Assembly (NCBI GenBank): GCA_965215015.1
Contig: OZ244042.1
Location: forward strand, 1,984,001 to 2,048,000
Direction: 5' to 3'
DNA: 64,000 nt
Source of the DNA: Candidatus Poribacteria bacterium
GTDB taxonomy: Bacteria > Poribacteria > WGA-4E > PCPOR2b
This document shows positions 39,252-50,213 of this stretch, piece by piece. Under the pieces are notes generated by a model. That model was not told the DNA's origin. It saw only the letters and a program-made list of their open reading frames with translations, and ran no database searches. The stretch's first letter is position 1. Every line of letters begins with the position of its first letter. Both the position numbers and the translations under genes were made by a program.

Positions 39252-40657
39252 GGGAGTTGATGGATGTATATGTCAGCATCTTTGCCCCGGTAATCACTCC
39301 AAACTATAAACGCACCGCCCCTGCCGTTGGCGATTGCACGCGGAGCAATCTGATCCCCGTCAGCCGTACATACGGGCACACCGTTAAACGGCCAAATTGA
39401 TTTGCCATCCACATCAATCCGTTGAGCATAAATTGCATCTGCGGTAACGTTCCCGTAATCCTCCCGAAAATCTTTCCAGTAGATAATTGCGCCTTGGGAG
39501 CCATCGGAAACAAGATGAGGTTCCCGCTGTACTCCCGCCGCCACACAGATAGAAATCCCGTTGTCCTGCCACATCGGCACCCCGTCCGGGTTGATTCGTT
39601 GGGCGTAAATATCGGCAAAAATATCACGGTCATCCCACCAAGTAACAATCAACCCACCCATACCGTCACTAATCCCTTCGGATTGTTGTTGATTTGACGG
39701 GTCATTACAGAAATTAATGCCGTCCTTTGCCCAGAGTGCCTGGCCGTTTGCATTGATCCGTTGAGCATAGAGGTCCGCACTACTGAAAATATTCGGATCG
39801 TTACGGTAGTCTGACCAAACAACAAACGCTCCCCCTGAACCATCAGCGACAACAAACGGACCTCCCTGATTGCCAGCGGCTGTACATACTGGAACACCCC
39901 CATTTTCCCAGACTTGCTCGCCTGTGGCCCCCATCCGTTGCGCGAAAACATTCCAATCCGGTGTACTGATGTCCCACCATGCAATGATTGCACCCCCGGC
40001 AGCGTCTGTCGTTAAAAACGGATCATACTGATCGCCTGCCCCTTTATAGACAGGGATACCGTTAAGGTCCCAAGCAGGTTTGCCCTTCCCATCAATCCGT
40101 TGGGCATAAATATCCAAATTACCGTGCCGCGAATCCTCCCATACAATAATCGCCCCGCCGTTACCGTCGGAAATGGCTTTGACATCCTCCTTCAAGAAGG
40201 GCACGATGCTGACAGGGATTCCATCCTTGCCCCAAAGTAATCTGCCGTTGACATCAATCCGTTGGGCATAGATGTCCCGATTGCGGTGGCGAGAGTCCCC
40301 AAAAACAACAATTGCACCCTCTTCCGCATCAGGGATAAGGAGGGGCCAGCTTTGTGCGTTGGGCTGTACGCAGATTGGAATACCATCGTTGGCCCACAGC
40401 ATCTCACCATTTATGCTAATCCGCTGTGCGAATACATCCCGATTTCCATGCCTCACATCGCGCCACGCCACGATGATGCCGCCATGGTTGTCAGAAATCA
40501 GGTCGGGGAAATGTTGATCCGCTGCCGCAGTACAGACTGGCAGATTTTGACCAGTATCCTCTATCCATTCAGCAGAAAGGGACTGGAACGACACTGCCAC
40601 GAAAAGAAAAGAGAAAATGAGGAGACGGAATTTCCGTTGACTCTTCCATTTTTCCAT
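39248..40657 (-). CDS. Secreted ~55-aa repeat protein, probable beta-propeller
   Basis: 8 repeats of PVC-x5-Q-x2-P..DxxGGAIIxWxDxR..DIYAQRI. Confidence 0.85.
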   Translation of the reverse strand: MEKWKSQRKFRLLIFSFLFVAVSFQSLSAEWIEDTGQNLPVCTAAADQHFPDLISDNHGGIIVAWRDVRHGNRDVFAQRISINGEMLWANDGIPICVQPNAQSWPLLIPDAEEGAIVVFGDSRHRNRDIYAQRIDVNGRLLWGKDGIPVSIVPFLKEDVKAISDGNGGAIIVWEDSRHGNLDIYAQRIDGKGKPAWDLNGIPVYKGAGDQYDPFLTTDAAGGAIIAWWDISTPDWNVFAQRMGATGEQVWENGGVPVCTAAGNQGGPFVVADGSGGAFVVWSDYRNDPNIFSSADLYAQRINANGQALWAKDGINFCNDPSNQQQSEGISDGMGGLIVTWWDDRDIFADIYAQRINPDGVPMWQDNGISICVAAGVQREPHLVSDGSQGAIIYWKDFREDYGNVTADAIYAQRIDVDGKSIWPFNGVPVCTADGDQIAPRAIANGRGGAFIVWSDYRGKDADIYIHQLP

Positions 40658-40873
40658 ACCTTCCTCCTATTTGACGAATAATTTGCACATAATCTGGAGG
40701 TCATTAACTGTCATAGATATGGGGGATCCGTACCGAAGCGTGGATAGGTGGGAGCAAGGGGCACGAAAACAAGCTTTTCCTAATTCACAAATTCGGCAAT
40801 TTGCGAATTAGGAAATCCCTCACTTTGTCATCATGGTTGGATATTTAGTAATAGTACACGCTTGGTGCGGAGA

Positions 40874-41833
40874 CTAAGGATAAATATAGGTTCTCGGATT
40901 CTGCCATTTGCCATCGTCGTAGACCCCATAGTGCAAATGGGTGCCAGTACTTCTACCGCTGTTCCCTACATAACCGATAACTTCACGGCGTTTGACCCGT
41001 GTTCCAACTTGGAGACCATCAGCGTAATTTTGCAAGTGCCCGTATAAGGTCTTCATCTGTGAATCCGGATGTTCGATCTGAATCATATGGCCAAGATATG
41101 GATCCTTCTTGATTTGATCTATAATACCATCAGCAGTAGCAATCACCGGCGTCCCCCTAGCTGCCGCGATGTCCAATCCATTATGAAATTGGGTTTTTCT
41201 TGTCAACGGGTGCAAACGAGGGCCAAACTCGGAAGAAAACCAATAAGATAGGACTTCACCCTCCGTTGACCTCGAAATTGGCAAGATCCAAGGCCTCGCA
41301 AGTTCCCTTTTCGCATTGGCTTTTACATGTTCATAGATTGGTGTAAATTCTCTTTTCATCTGTTTTATCTCTACAATCCGATTAACTAGAGAACTGTCTG
41401 TGAAATCAGCAGTGATTGATGTTGGAGCAGGTCGGGTTTCAATAATCGAACTGGTTAATTCATCGTTCACCTCTTGAGCACTAGTCTCACCCCCCCCCTG
41501 TCCGAGGACACCTTGCCCTGAGCCAATACCTAAAACACGACGTACCGTATCCGCCATTTCACGGAGACCTCGGAGCTCTTTGTCGACTGCCTGCTCCTTT
41601 TGTTGCTGCTGCTTAATTGTATTTTCAAGCTGCTCTCTACTCGTAATTTCACCTTGTAACTCAATCTGGTAACGAAGGCTGCGTTTTATCTCTAAAGCAG
41701 CAAAACTGATTATACAAAACAACGAAAGACATAGAACCAGACCTAGGCATAATGCAAGCCCCCGGTGAATCGAGAATTGCCGTACTAAATCTTGATTGGA
41801 TGACATGATGAGAAGCGTATATGTGTTTTTCAA
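40874..41833 (-). CDS. M23 family metallopeptidase with TM and coiled coil
   Basis: HNGLD, YGHL, GNSGRSTGTHLHY; TTG start after AAGGAGG. Confidence 0.92.
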   Translation of the reverse strand: MKNTYTLLIMSSNQDLVRQFSIHRGLALCLGLVLCLSLFCIISFAALEIKRSLRYQIELQGEITSREQLENTIKQQQQKEQAVDKELRGLREMADTVRRVLGIGSGQGVLGQGGGETSAQEVNDELTSSIIETRPAPTSITADFTDSSLVNRIVEIKQMKREFTPIYEHVKANAKRELARPWILPISRSTEGEVLSYWFSSEFGPRLHPLTRKTQFHNGLDIAAARGTPVIATADGIIDQIKKDPYLGHMIQIEHPDSQMKTLYGHLQNYADGLQVGTRVKRREVIGYVGNSGRSTGTHLHYGVYDDGKWQNPRTYIYP

Positions 41834-41971
41834 TGAATTCCTCCTTCTTTCAATGAATTCCTCCTTCATAGTAACACAATCTAAAATATAAGTTTGATCA
41901 CTGGATATAAACCATATTAGTATAGCATAAATATTGAGGTAAGGCAAGCGTATTGTCTATATCTTTTAGGG

Positions 41972-42193
41972 TCATTTAGTTCTCTTGTAGGAGGGATTTC
42001 CGAATTCCGACACACCGCTCAGATTAGATATGTGATTGATTAATCTAAACTTGCGGATAGACTTGCCGTATATCACATAGTATTGAGCCTGAAGGGCAAC
42101 GCAGTGATTCCACACCTGAGCGTGTCCGTCTAGCGTCTGGTGCAACTCACGATTCCCGTAATGGCTATACATTTTGAACTTGTCGGTCTTCAT
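41972..42193 (-). pseudogene. TnpB (IS200/IS605 or IS607 OrfB) N-terminal remnant
   Basis: MKTDKFKMY..ELHQTLDGHAQVWNHCVALQAQYY matches the TnpB N-terminus; truncated after ~58 aa. Confidence 0.65.
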
Positions 42194-42321
42194 GGGAGTG
42201 TCTTTCTGTCTTTCATCTCCATTTCACTTGGATGTGAAGGACACCCCCAAATGGCGGGATGAAAATCCCTCACGAAAGACAAAACAACTATACCCTATTT
42301 TGCGAAGATTTTGATAAATGT

Positions 42322-42621
42322 TAGGACTTACGCAGTTGAACGTTCAAAGGAGATACTGCTGCGCGACTGTCCTAGTGGGTTAAGCCCGGATTATGGCGCA
42401 ATGGTCATGGTATCTTTCAGTGACTCATCACCGGACAATACAATTCACGACGCCCGATGAATCGGGCAACTACAGTTCAGCCGACAGGAGTAAGCATACT
42501 CTACTGTGCCAGCCCCCTGCTTGCGGGGGGATACAGGGGGGCTTAGCGGAGTACGGCATACACCACCCCTTAAAGACACGGGTTGAATGGCGCGACTACA
42601 AACTCAAGGGCGTAACTCCTA
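42322..42621. mobile_element. MITE family C copy
   Basis: TAGGACTTACGC ... GCGTAACTCCTA; right ~43 nt recur inverted at 55279-55321; further ends at 45208 and 53601. Confidence 0.7.
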
Positions 42622-42757
42622 AATATAATAGATGTAAAGACAGTTACCATCTGAGTTTACTTTAACGAAACTAATACGGAAAGGGTTTCATGACTTCCAC
42701 CCTAGTCCCAGAATATCAATGGTTAAAATAATCCCGCCTTTGGTTTACAATCAGTTC

Positions 42758-45163
42758 TCACGGGCGTAGCATTCTGAGTTGCCCCCGAATATCTGCCTGT
42801 ACTCTCCAACCCTCCCAACGAGGGAGCATCCACGGACTAAGATGGGGCTGCCGGACTCCTCCTACCCACTTCAATGTGATCCTCCGTGCTTGCGGCTCAT
42901 ATTCAACTCGGAATTTTGCCCCATTCATTGAGAACGCTTGTGGATAATTTCTGTTGATTTCTGCGAACTCTACCTCATCAATTAGCGTGAATACAAAATC
43001 TGCCGGCGATAACAGCAGCCAATCCTCTGCAGCTTCAACACCCAAATCAGTGAGGAGCGAGAACAGCCATGTACGAGGTTCCACTGTAGCAGTACTTCCT
43101 TGCATCGCTATGTGGAGGTTGTAAGCGTTGATGCGCTCAATCAGATGTTCTCCTATATTTGGAAATAAACGCCCTGAAAGGATAAAGGTTGCAATAGCCT
43201 CTCTGAGCAGGGGGCCGGTCAGCGGTTGACGTTCCCGACCAATCTCCCGACCCGCATATACGAAACGTACCTGCCCGATGATTTCATTTTCAACTAAGGT
43301 CGGTGCTTCTAGATGAGGGGTTCCTAGTCCGGCCTCTTGCAAATCTGCAAAAGTACAAGGCAGAGCGGTGCGGCCCAAAAGTTGAACACGCGTGCCTTTT
43401 GCAAGCCCTTCTTTTTCTAGAATAAGCGCGGCATCTACCTCAGGACGAATCAGTGAACTGGAATCTAATAGCACCTCATCCTGACCATTCCCCCACGCGT
43501 TTCCTTCGCGCCGTCGAACATAAACGTAGCCAGACGATTCACGTAACAGGTAACGTATGAGCCCAAGTCGATCCGGTTGAACATTCCCTCGATCCTTAGC
43601 CAAGACTGGTATACCAAAAAACAAACGAAGTTGGGAGGCAATTCGGCAGCATTCCACGATAGCCGCACCATGCAGGTGGTGACGGTTAGGTGTGCCACGC
43701 CGCAAGGTCCGAATCAGTGCTGTAGCGTCACAGTGATTACGGATTAAATCCTTACGTCGTGCTTCAGAGATAATGTGAATCTTTTCGGGTGAAAGTTGAT
43801 CCAATTTCCGCCACAACGGTGCAGGACGCTCCAGCGTTGCAATCAGATCGATGAGATCTCGACGGAGGGAAGCTGGTGCTTTGACCAGTAACCGCGCGTA
43901 AGATAAATCAATAGGAAGCACAGATAACTTTCGCCCAAAATCGGTCAGTGCCCCTTCTTGAGACAGGATACCCCATTCAGTCAATTGTTCTTGAGCCCGT
44001 TCAACCGCAAAGGCCGGTGGCGCATCGAGAAATTCTAAGGCCTGCGGGCGAAATCCTGTTGCGGCAACTGCGAGCACAAATGGCGATAAGTCTTCTCGTA
44101 CAATTTCAGGGGGCGTCTCCCTCTCAAGTTGTCCGCGTTCTTCCCACAGCCGGTAGCACACTCCTGGCATGAGCCTTCCTGCCCGGCCGCGTCGCTGTTC
44201 AGCAGAAGCCTGCGAGATGGAACACAATGCCAGTACCACCCGTTGGGCTTGATGAATACGCTGACGTACCAAGCCCGCGTCTACAACCGCTGTTATGCCC
44301 GGCAGTGTGACGGAGGTTTCAGCAACATTCGTTGACAAAATTACACGGCGACGGGGCGTTTCCTCAAAAACCCGATCCTGTTCCGCTGTCGGCAGATCGC
44401 CGTGTAACGACAAGACCTCAACGTTTCTTAGGTAGTGCAATTCATCAAGACATGCCGAAATCTCCCCTTTGCCCGGTAGAAAGACCAATATGTTTCCATC
44501 TGTCTCTCTCAACGCTCGACGCACCCCCCGCGCCACACGCTCCTCCAACCCCCACACTGTAGGGACAGTGACACCACCAAGGTAGCGTACATCAACCGGG
44601 TAGGCTCTTCCCTCCGCAGACAACGATTTTCCACCGACAAACTGAGCGAATTTCTGGGTATCTATCGTTGCGGACATCAACACAAGCTGGGCGTCTGAAC
44701 ACTTCTTCCTGCAGATTGCTAGAAAGAGGTCCGATTCCAGTCCACGCTCATGAAATTCGTCTAGTATGATTGTCCCATATCTATCAAGCTCTCCATCTGC
44801 TGCATACCGCAGCGCAACACCCGGTGTGACGAATCGGATTTGTGTTGTTTCAGACCCCACCTCCTCAAACCTCACCGTATAACCCACTGAAGTGCCTAAC
44901 GGCTCTCCTCGGAGTTTTGACAGCCAGCGGGCAAGTGAACGGCACGCAACCCGCCGTGGTTCCAACACTAAAGTTGGGCGGTCCGACAATTCTGCACACC
45001 AAAGTGGAACCATCGTGGACTTTCCGCTACCGGTAGAAGCCGTAATAATGAGCGGTTGAGTTCCAAAGGCGGTTTGAAACGCCGAACGCAGTCGCTTAAT
45101 CGGAAAATCTGTGTTGCCTAATAGTCCTGTGTGCTGTGCTTTACCTGATGTATCAACCATCAA
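42758..45163 (-). CDS. DEAH-box ATP-dependent RNA helicase, HrpB-like
   Basis: TGSGKST, EPRRVA, DEFHER, MSAT, FLPG, STNVAETS, QRRGRAGR. Confidence 0.92.
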   Translation of the reverse strand: MMVDTSGKAQHTGLLGNTDFPIKRLRSAFQTAFGTQPLIITASTGSGKSTMVPLWCAELSDRPTLVLEPRRVACRSLARWLSKLRGEPLGTSVGYTVRFEEVGSETTQIRFVTPGVALRYAADGELDRYGTIILDEFHERGLESDLFLAICRKKCSDAQLVLMSATIDTQKFAQFVGGKSLSAEGRAYPVDVRYLGGVTVPTVWGLEERVARGVRRALRETDGNILVFLPGKGEISACLDELHYLRNVEVLSLHGDLPTAEQDRVFEETPRRRVILSTNVAETSVTLPGITAVVDAGLVRQRIHQAQRVVLALCSISQASAEQRRGRAGRLMPGVCYRLWEERGQLERETPPEIVREDLSPFVLAVAATGFRPQALEFLDAPPAFAVERAQEQLTEWGILSQEGALTDFGRKLSVLPIDLSYARLLVKAPASLRRDLIDLIATLERPAPLWRKLDQLSPEKIHIISEARRKDLIRNHCDATALIRTLRRGTPNRHHLHGAAIVECCRIASQLRLFFGIPVLAKDRGNVQPDRLGLIRYLLRESSGYVYVRRREGNAWGNGQDEVLLDSSSLIRPEVDAALILEKEGLAKGTRVQLLGRTALPCTFADLQEAGLGTPHLEAPTLVENEIIGQVRFVYAGREIGRERQPLTGPLLREAIATFILSGRLFPNIGEHLIERINAYNLHIAMQGSTATVEPRTWLFSLLTDLGVEAAEDWLLLSPADFVFTLIDEVEFAEINRNYPQAFSMNGAKFRVEYEPQARRITLKWVGGVRQPHLSPWMLPRWEGWRVQADIRGQLRMLRP

Positions 45164-45359
45164 TTTACCAACTCATTTCTTCTTTTTGCTAGATAAAGTG
45201 ATTATTGTAGGACTTACACAGTTGATCCCTCGAAGCCCTGTCGGTCAAGATTCATATCTCAACAAAACCCCGGACTCTCGCGCGATAATCCGGACGGATT
45301 GAGCCAATCGTGTCGCGCAACCGTTTTATGAGCACCCCTAAATTGCTTACAATCAATGA

Positions 45360-45388
45360 TTGACATCTGCGTCTATTTGTTGTATCAT
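45360..45388 (+). promoter_or_regulatory. Sigma70 promoter
   Basis: TTGACA-17 nt-TATCAT. Confidence 0.6.
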
Positions 45389-45401
45389 TAGCCGATTATC
45401 A

Positions 45402-45746
45402 CTAGGTTCTGTTGACATCTGATAAATTGAACTGATTCTGATGCGCTTGAGACTTTTGTCGGTTGATTTTCAAAAATCAAAAATACCGAGAACATTGCGC
45501 TACAAAATTCCAGACACGATGGGGCGACAATCCTGGCTCAATCCGCCCGGGACGTTGCGCTATAGTCCGGGTGTCTTGTCGAGATGTGAATCTTGACCTA
45601 TACAGGTCAAGGCAAACACCAGTAGGCCGGGTGTCTCGTCCGACTTTGTGCCATTTCACACTGGTTGGACGAGGAAGCCCAATATGCGAATTGTTGACAT
45701 TTTACAGATTCCTAATTGGTGATAGCAAAATGTCAACACGCCCTTA
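45402..45746. mobile_element. MITE family B copy
   Basis: CTAGGTTCTGTTGACAT ... AAATGTCAACACGCCCTTA; related ends at ~18510, ~21020-21040, ~22309, ~62288. Confidence 0.65.
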
Positions 45747-45806
45747 AGGTTTTATATTTTATTTTTTTACTCAATAAAATGCTCACAATTTCTCTGAACC
45801 GTGAAC

Positions 45807-46373
45807 ATGTCTACAACAAACACCGCCCACACAACCACTCAAACGAAGTCGGGGATGAAATTCTGTCCAAAATGTGCGAATTCTCTTGAAGAGCGAATCC
45901 TGGAAGGGAAAGCGCGTCAAGCATGTACGGTCTGTGATTTCGTGTTCTATCGCGATCCAAAGCCCGTTGCCGGCGTCCTCGCATTCAAAGACAGAAAACT
46001 GCTACTGATACAACGTGGAAATGAACCCAAACTGGGACTATGGAGTTTTCCAACAGGTTACATTGATATTGGCGATACGCCAGCAGAAACAGCCGTGCGA
46101 GAATCAAAAGAAGAAGCAGATGTCGACGTCGAATTAGATAGGCTGCTAGGGGTTTACTCCAATGAAAGCCGGACGGTTGTCCTTATTATTTATGTTGGAA
46201 GAATTGTTTCGGGAACTCCGGCGGGGCGTGCGGAAGCGTTGGATGCACGCCTATTTGCCCCTGATTCGCTGCCCGAATTGGCATTCGACCACGATTATCA
46301 TATTTTAGAGGACCTGCTTCGTTCAAAGACAAATTCACAAAAAACAGAATTCTCTATCAATAAACAAGTATAG
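45807..46373 (+). CDS. NUDIX hydrolase with N-terminal zinc ribbon
   Basis: FCPKCA..CTVC; Nudix box GYIDIGDTPAETAVRESKEEAD. Confidence 0.92.
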   Translation: MSTTNTAHTTTQTKSGMKFCPKCANSLEERILEGKARQACTVCDFVFYRDPKPVAGVLAFKDRKLLLIQRGNEPKLGLWSFPTGYIDIGDTPAETAVRESKEEADVDVELDRLLGVYSNESRTVVLIIYVGRIVSGTPAGRAEALDARLFAPDSLPELAFDHDYHILEDLLRSKTNSQKTEFSINKQV

Positions 46374-46410
46374 GAATTTTCATCTTCCACGATACACAAG
46401 GAGAAAAACA

Positions 46411-47775
46411 ATGTCGTCCCACACAATCCTAGAAAAATATCAAAAAACTTTTTCAAAAAATAGAGAACTTGCTCAACAGGCAAATTATATTTTTCCCGAT
46501 GGTGTGACGCATGATAACCGGCACACAGAGCCATTTCCAATTTACATTAATCGCGCACAGGGATCAAAAAAGTGGACCGTTGACGAGATAGAAGTCATTG
46601 ATTACTGGTCGGGACATGGGGCGTTGTTACTCGGTCACAGCCCACCTGAAATTGTCGAAGCCGTCACGCAGCAGATGCCGCACGGGACACACTACGGTGC
46701 CTGTCATGCGCTTGAGGTGGAGTGGGGAGGTCTCGTCAAAGACCTAATCCCATCCGCGGAACGGATACGATTCGTCAATTCCGGCACAGAAGCAACCTTA
46801 ATGGCGATTCGGTTAGCGCGGATGTATACGGGAAAAAACAAATTCCTGAAATTTGCAGGGCATTTTCACGGTTGGCACGATTCCGTTATTTTAGGTGTGT
46901 ATCCGCCGTTTGAGACGCCTGTGCCCGGTATTCCAGAAAGCATCATTGACACAACGGTTATCTGTCCACCGAACGACATTGACGCGGTCGAAAAGTATCT
47001 GAAATCCGACCTGGACATCGCGTGTGTTATTTTGGAGCCGACAGGCGGTGCATTCGGTACTATCCCGACAAATGGTGAGTTCCTCCGACAGCTACGGCAG
47101 GTTACGCAAGATTACGGCGTTGTGTTAATCTTTGACGAAGTCATCTCCGGTTTTCGTGTCTCTCCGGGCGGTGCCCAAGGATATTATAACATCACGCCTG
47201 ACCTTACGACGCTCGCCAAAATCTTGGCAGGGGGGCTTCCCGGCGGGGCGGTCGCTGGAAAAGAAGAACTACTGAATCTCATCTCGCTTAAAGCCGAAAA
47301 ATCGAAGCCACGCTGGAAAAAGATGCCACATCCCGGAACCTTTAACGCCAATCCGTTATCCGCTGCCGCTGGAATTGCGATGCTGAAGCGCGTCAAGACA
47401 GGTATCCCACATGAGAAGGTCAATCGTAGCGCGAAAATGTTGCGCGAAGGGCTCGTTGACGTCATTGATCAGCACGAACTTGATTGGGCGGTCTACGGCG
47501 AGTTTTCTGGGGTGAAGCTTCTCATCGGACACGGCGTTGATGGACTGCGTGCCGCCGATTTTGACCCTTACAATTGCGACTATCGTCAATTGAAAGGCGG
47601 CAGCAATGCGCTGCTCACAATGAATTTGCGTTGTGGAATGCTACTAAGCGGAATTGACATCGCCGGAAATGGCGGGATGACAATGGCAGCACACACCGAC
47701 GAAGATGTGCAACAGACGATCACGGCATTTGATCAGACAATTGGATGGATGAAGGCAGATGGGCTTTTGGACTGA
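46411..47775 (+). CDS. Class III aminotransferase (glutamate-1-semialdehyde aminomutase-like)
   Basis: RFVNSGTEA, FHGWHD, FDEVISGFR, TLAKILAGGLP, GTFNANP. Confidence 0.9.
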   Translation: MSSHTILEKYQKTFSKNRELAQQANYIFPDGVTHDNRHTEPFPIYINRAQGSKKWTVDEIEVIDYWSGHGALLLGHSPPEIVEAVTQQMPHGTHYGACHALEVEWGGLVKDLIPSAERIRFVNSGTEATLMAIRLARMYTGKNKFLKFAGHFHGWHDSVILGVYPPFETPVPGIPESIIDTTVICPPNDIDAVEKYLKSDLDIACVILEPTGGAFGTIPTNGEFLRQLRQVTQDYGVVLIFDEVISGFRVSPGGAQGYYNITPDLTTLAKILAGGLPGGAVAGKEELLNLISLKAEKSKPRWKKMPHPGTFNANPLSAAAGIAMLKRVKTGIPHEKVNRSAKMLREGLVDVIDQHELDWAVYGEFSGVKLLIGHGVDGLRAADFDPYNCDYRQLKGGSNALLTMNLRCGMLLSGIDIAGNGGMTMAAHTDEDVQQTITAFDQTIGWMKADGLLD

Positions 47776-47910
47776 AGCAGCCAAGGGGCTAAGGAGGTAT
47801 GCGAAAAGGTCAACCCTTAAACTTTCTGCTCCCCCCTATCTTCTGAGGTCCCATCTACGCCGCAAGCTGCCTTGACTCAAAGGGGCCCCGTTGTCCCCAT
47901 CCATTAGCTC

Positions 47911-49890
47911 TCAACCTCTTCCAGAACGTTTATCCACAATCTGGGCACCCTTCTTCAAGGTCGCTAACCAATTTCTGTAAATCTCAGTTTGTTTTGCCTG
48001 TAGCAACGTTTTATAAATTCGGGTGCGCTCTGCTGAGTCGTTCTCGAACTTTGCCATATCTGGTTCTTCGCGTTCAACTAGCTGGATAATATAGGCGGCG
48101 TTGTCCCCTTGAAGCCCGGCTTGCACCTCATTCAACTCCATCCTAAAAGCGGCAAACATAGCCTCCCGGCACGACCCCATTCCTGAGATAAACTGACTGT
48201 TCGGCGAGAGCGCAAACAGGTTGCTCTCCTTAACCTCTCGTTCTTTATTTGTAATATCTTCCGGTGCCTTATACTTTTTCACTAGATCCTCAAGCGATTC
48301 ATCAGAGACACGGAGTGCTGCCAGTTTCTGGGCGTCCTCCAGGGCGAGCTGCTTCGCTTTTTCCCCTTTAATATCATCAATCACTTGCGCCTTGACTGCT
48401 TCAAATTTAGGGACTATCGCGTGTTTCTTTTCAAGGACTTTCGCTACAAAATAGGCGTCAATATCCCCATTCTGTTTCCTGTTTGGACTGATCGCACTGA
48501 CATTTACTTCCATGTCGAAGACCTGATCAATCACATCTTTATACGTCCACCTCATTCCGATTTCAGGGATGTTATTATCATCCACTGTAAAGAAGCCGGT
48601 GTCCTGAACCGCAAGCGACAAATCTTTGTACCTGTCCAGTTGGATTGCCTCTTCATAATCATGAATCTCAACATCAAACAGGAGATTTTCTGAGACGGTT
48701 TTCGCCTGTTCTACACCTACAATCTGAACCAACTTATCACGGATTTCGCTCCTTGCCTGACTAAAGGGTTGAATCTCTTCCGGACGCTTCTCTTCCAACT
48801 TGATGATGTGATATCCAAATCTCGATTCGACCAAATCGCTCACCTCGCCGGGGGCTAACTCGTCAAACGCTGCCTTCTCAAACGACTGCACCATGTCGCC
48901 TCGTGCAAAATAATCTCCCGGCGGCAGATCTGGGTTATTTCCTCGCAATGCCCCTCCCTGCGGTGCCGAACCGGCATCCTCAGAATGTTCTTTGGCAAGT
49001 TCAGCAAAATCCTCCCCCTCAGCAATTGCAGCCTTGACTGTTCCAAGCAGCTTTTCCGCTTCCGCCTTCACCGCTGTCTTCTGCTCGTCGGTTGCGTTAT
49101 CTGGAAGCCTCTTCAAGATATGACGCGCTTTCACCGCTTCCGGCGTCTTAAATTCCTGTTGATGTTCATTGTAATAAGCTTGCAAATCCTCGCCCGAAAT
49201 GAAGTTTCGCGGATCGAGTTTGATGAACCTTAGATTGATCTCCTCTCCCTTTTCATATTTCTCTTTGTGTTCCTCAAAATAGGGTTGCGCTTCAGCATCG
49301 TCCACTTTAACAGCACTCTTATAGACAAAGTGCTTAAATTCAATGTACTTGAGTTTGGCTTTGGTGTTCTGGCGGCGATATTCAGCCTCCACTTCTGCAT
49401 CTGTGACCAACTCAAGTCCTTGAATCTGATTCAGCAGAATTTGATTCAGCAGGAGAGAACGAACATATTGACGGAAGTCATTTCCGTTACCACTTTGCTG
49501 TACCACATTATAATTAGCTAGCAGGTTTTCATCACTACGGATATATTGTTCGACCTCTGCATCGCTAATCTGGACGCTACCAAGAAGGACCTGACGCCTA
49601 ATGAGCAGATCAAGAACCTGTTCTTCAACCTCCTCACGTTCAATCAAAGAGCGGCTTTGGCTCTGTTGCTGTTGTCGAGTGATTTCGCCAGAAACAAGGT
49701 TTTCAAATTCGCGTTGCTGTATTTTGACACCGTTAATCTCAAAAGCGACCACATCATCTCTTCCTCCTCCCCCTAACACACCACCTCCGCCGACAATGTC
49801 GTAGAGGAGAAACGAACCTACAAGAAAGGCAATGCCAACAACGATCAAGAAAAGCTGCGCGATAAATTTCTCCCTTAAAAAAACAATCAT
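47911..49890 (-). CDS. PpiD/SurA-like membrane-anchored parvulin PPIase
   Basis: N-terminal TM, SurA-N-like region, KARHIL, FAELAKEHSED, FEKAAF, ESRFGYHII. Confidence 0.92.
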   Translation of the reverse strand: MIVFLREKFIAQLFLIVVGIAFLVGSFLLYDIVGGGGVLGGGGRDDVVAFEINGVKIQQREFENLVSGEITRQQQQSQSRSLIEREEVEEQVLDLLIRRQVLLGSVQISDAEVEQYIRSDENLLANYNVVQQSGNGNDFRQYVRSLLLNQILLNQIQGLELVTDAEVEAEYRRQNTKAKLKYIEFKHFVYKSAVKVDDAEAQPYFEEHKEKYEKGEEINLRFIKLDPRNFISGEDLQAYYNEHQQEFKTPEAVKARHILKRLPDNATDEQKTAVKAEAEKLLGTVKAAIAEGEDFAELAKEHSEDAGSAPQGGALRGNNPDLPPGDYFARGDMVQSFEKAAFDELAPGEVSDLVESRFGYHIIKLEEKRPEEIQPFSQARSEIRDKLVQIVGVEQAKTVSENLLFDVEIHDYEEAIQLDRYKDLSLAVQDTGFFTVDDNNIPEIGMRWTYKDVIDQVFDMEVNVSAISPNRKQNGDIDAYFVAKVLEKKHAIVPKFEAVKAQVIDDIKGEKAKQLALEDAQKLAALRVSDESLEDLVKKYKAPEDITNKEREVKESNLFALSPNSQFISGMGSCREAMFAAFRMELNEVQAGLQGDNAAYIIQLVEREEPDMAKFENDSAERTRIYKTLLQAKQTEIYRNWLATLKKGAQIVDKRSGRG

Positions 49891-50213
49891 AGAAATCTCT
49901 CCTGTTTATATGATGTATATAGTTAAATCAAAGTAAAACGGCTAGTATGATACTAAATTAACATCGGTTTTGCAACTTCATTTTTTTTAGAGCCTTTGAT
50001 ATTGAAAAGATTGGTTTTAACAGGCAATCAGGATTTTTATCCTTCAATCCTGATGTAATTTTGTCCAACTGATCTTGAGAACAATTGAATTGACAGCGTT
50101 TTCACAAATTGTTTGTCGAATCTAAAAAGAAAAAAAGGGATGGGAATAGCTATAGCACCATCCCTACCCCTTCATTCTCTGGCAACAGTCGTTAGTATTG
50201 CCCGAATTCATGA

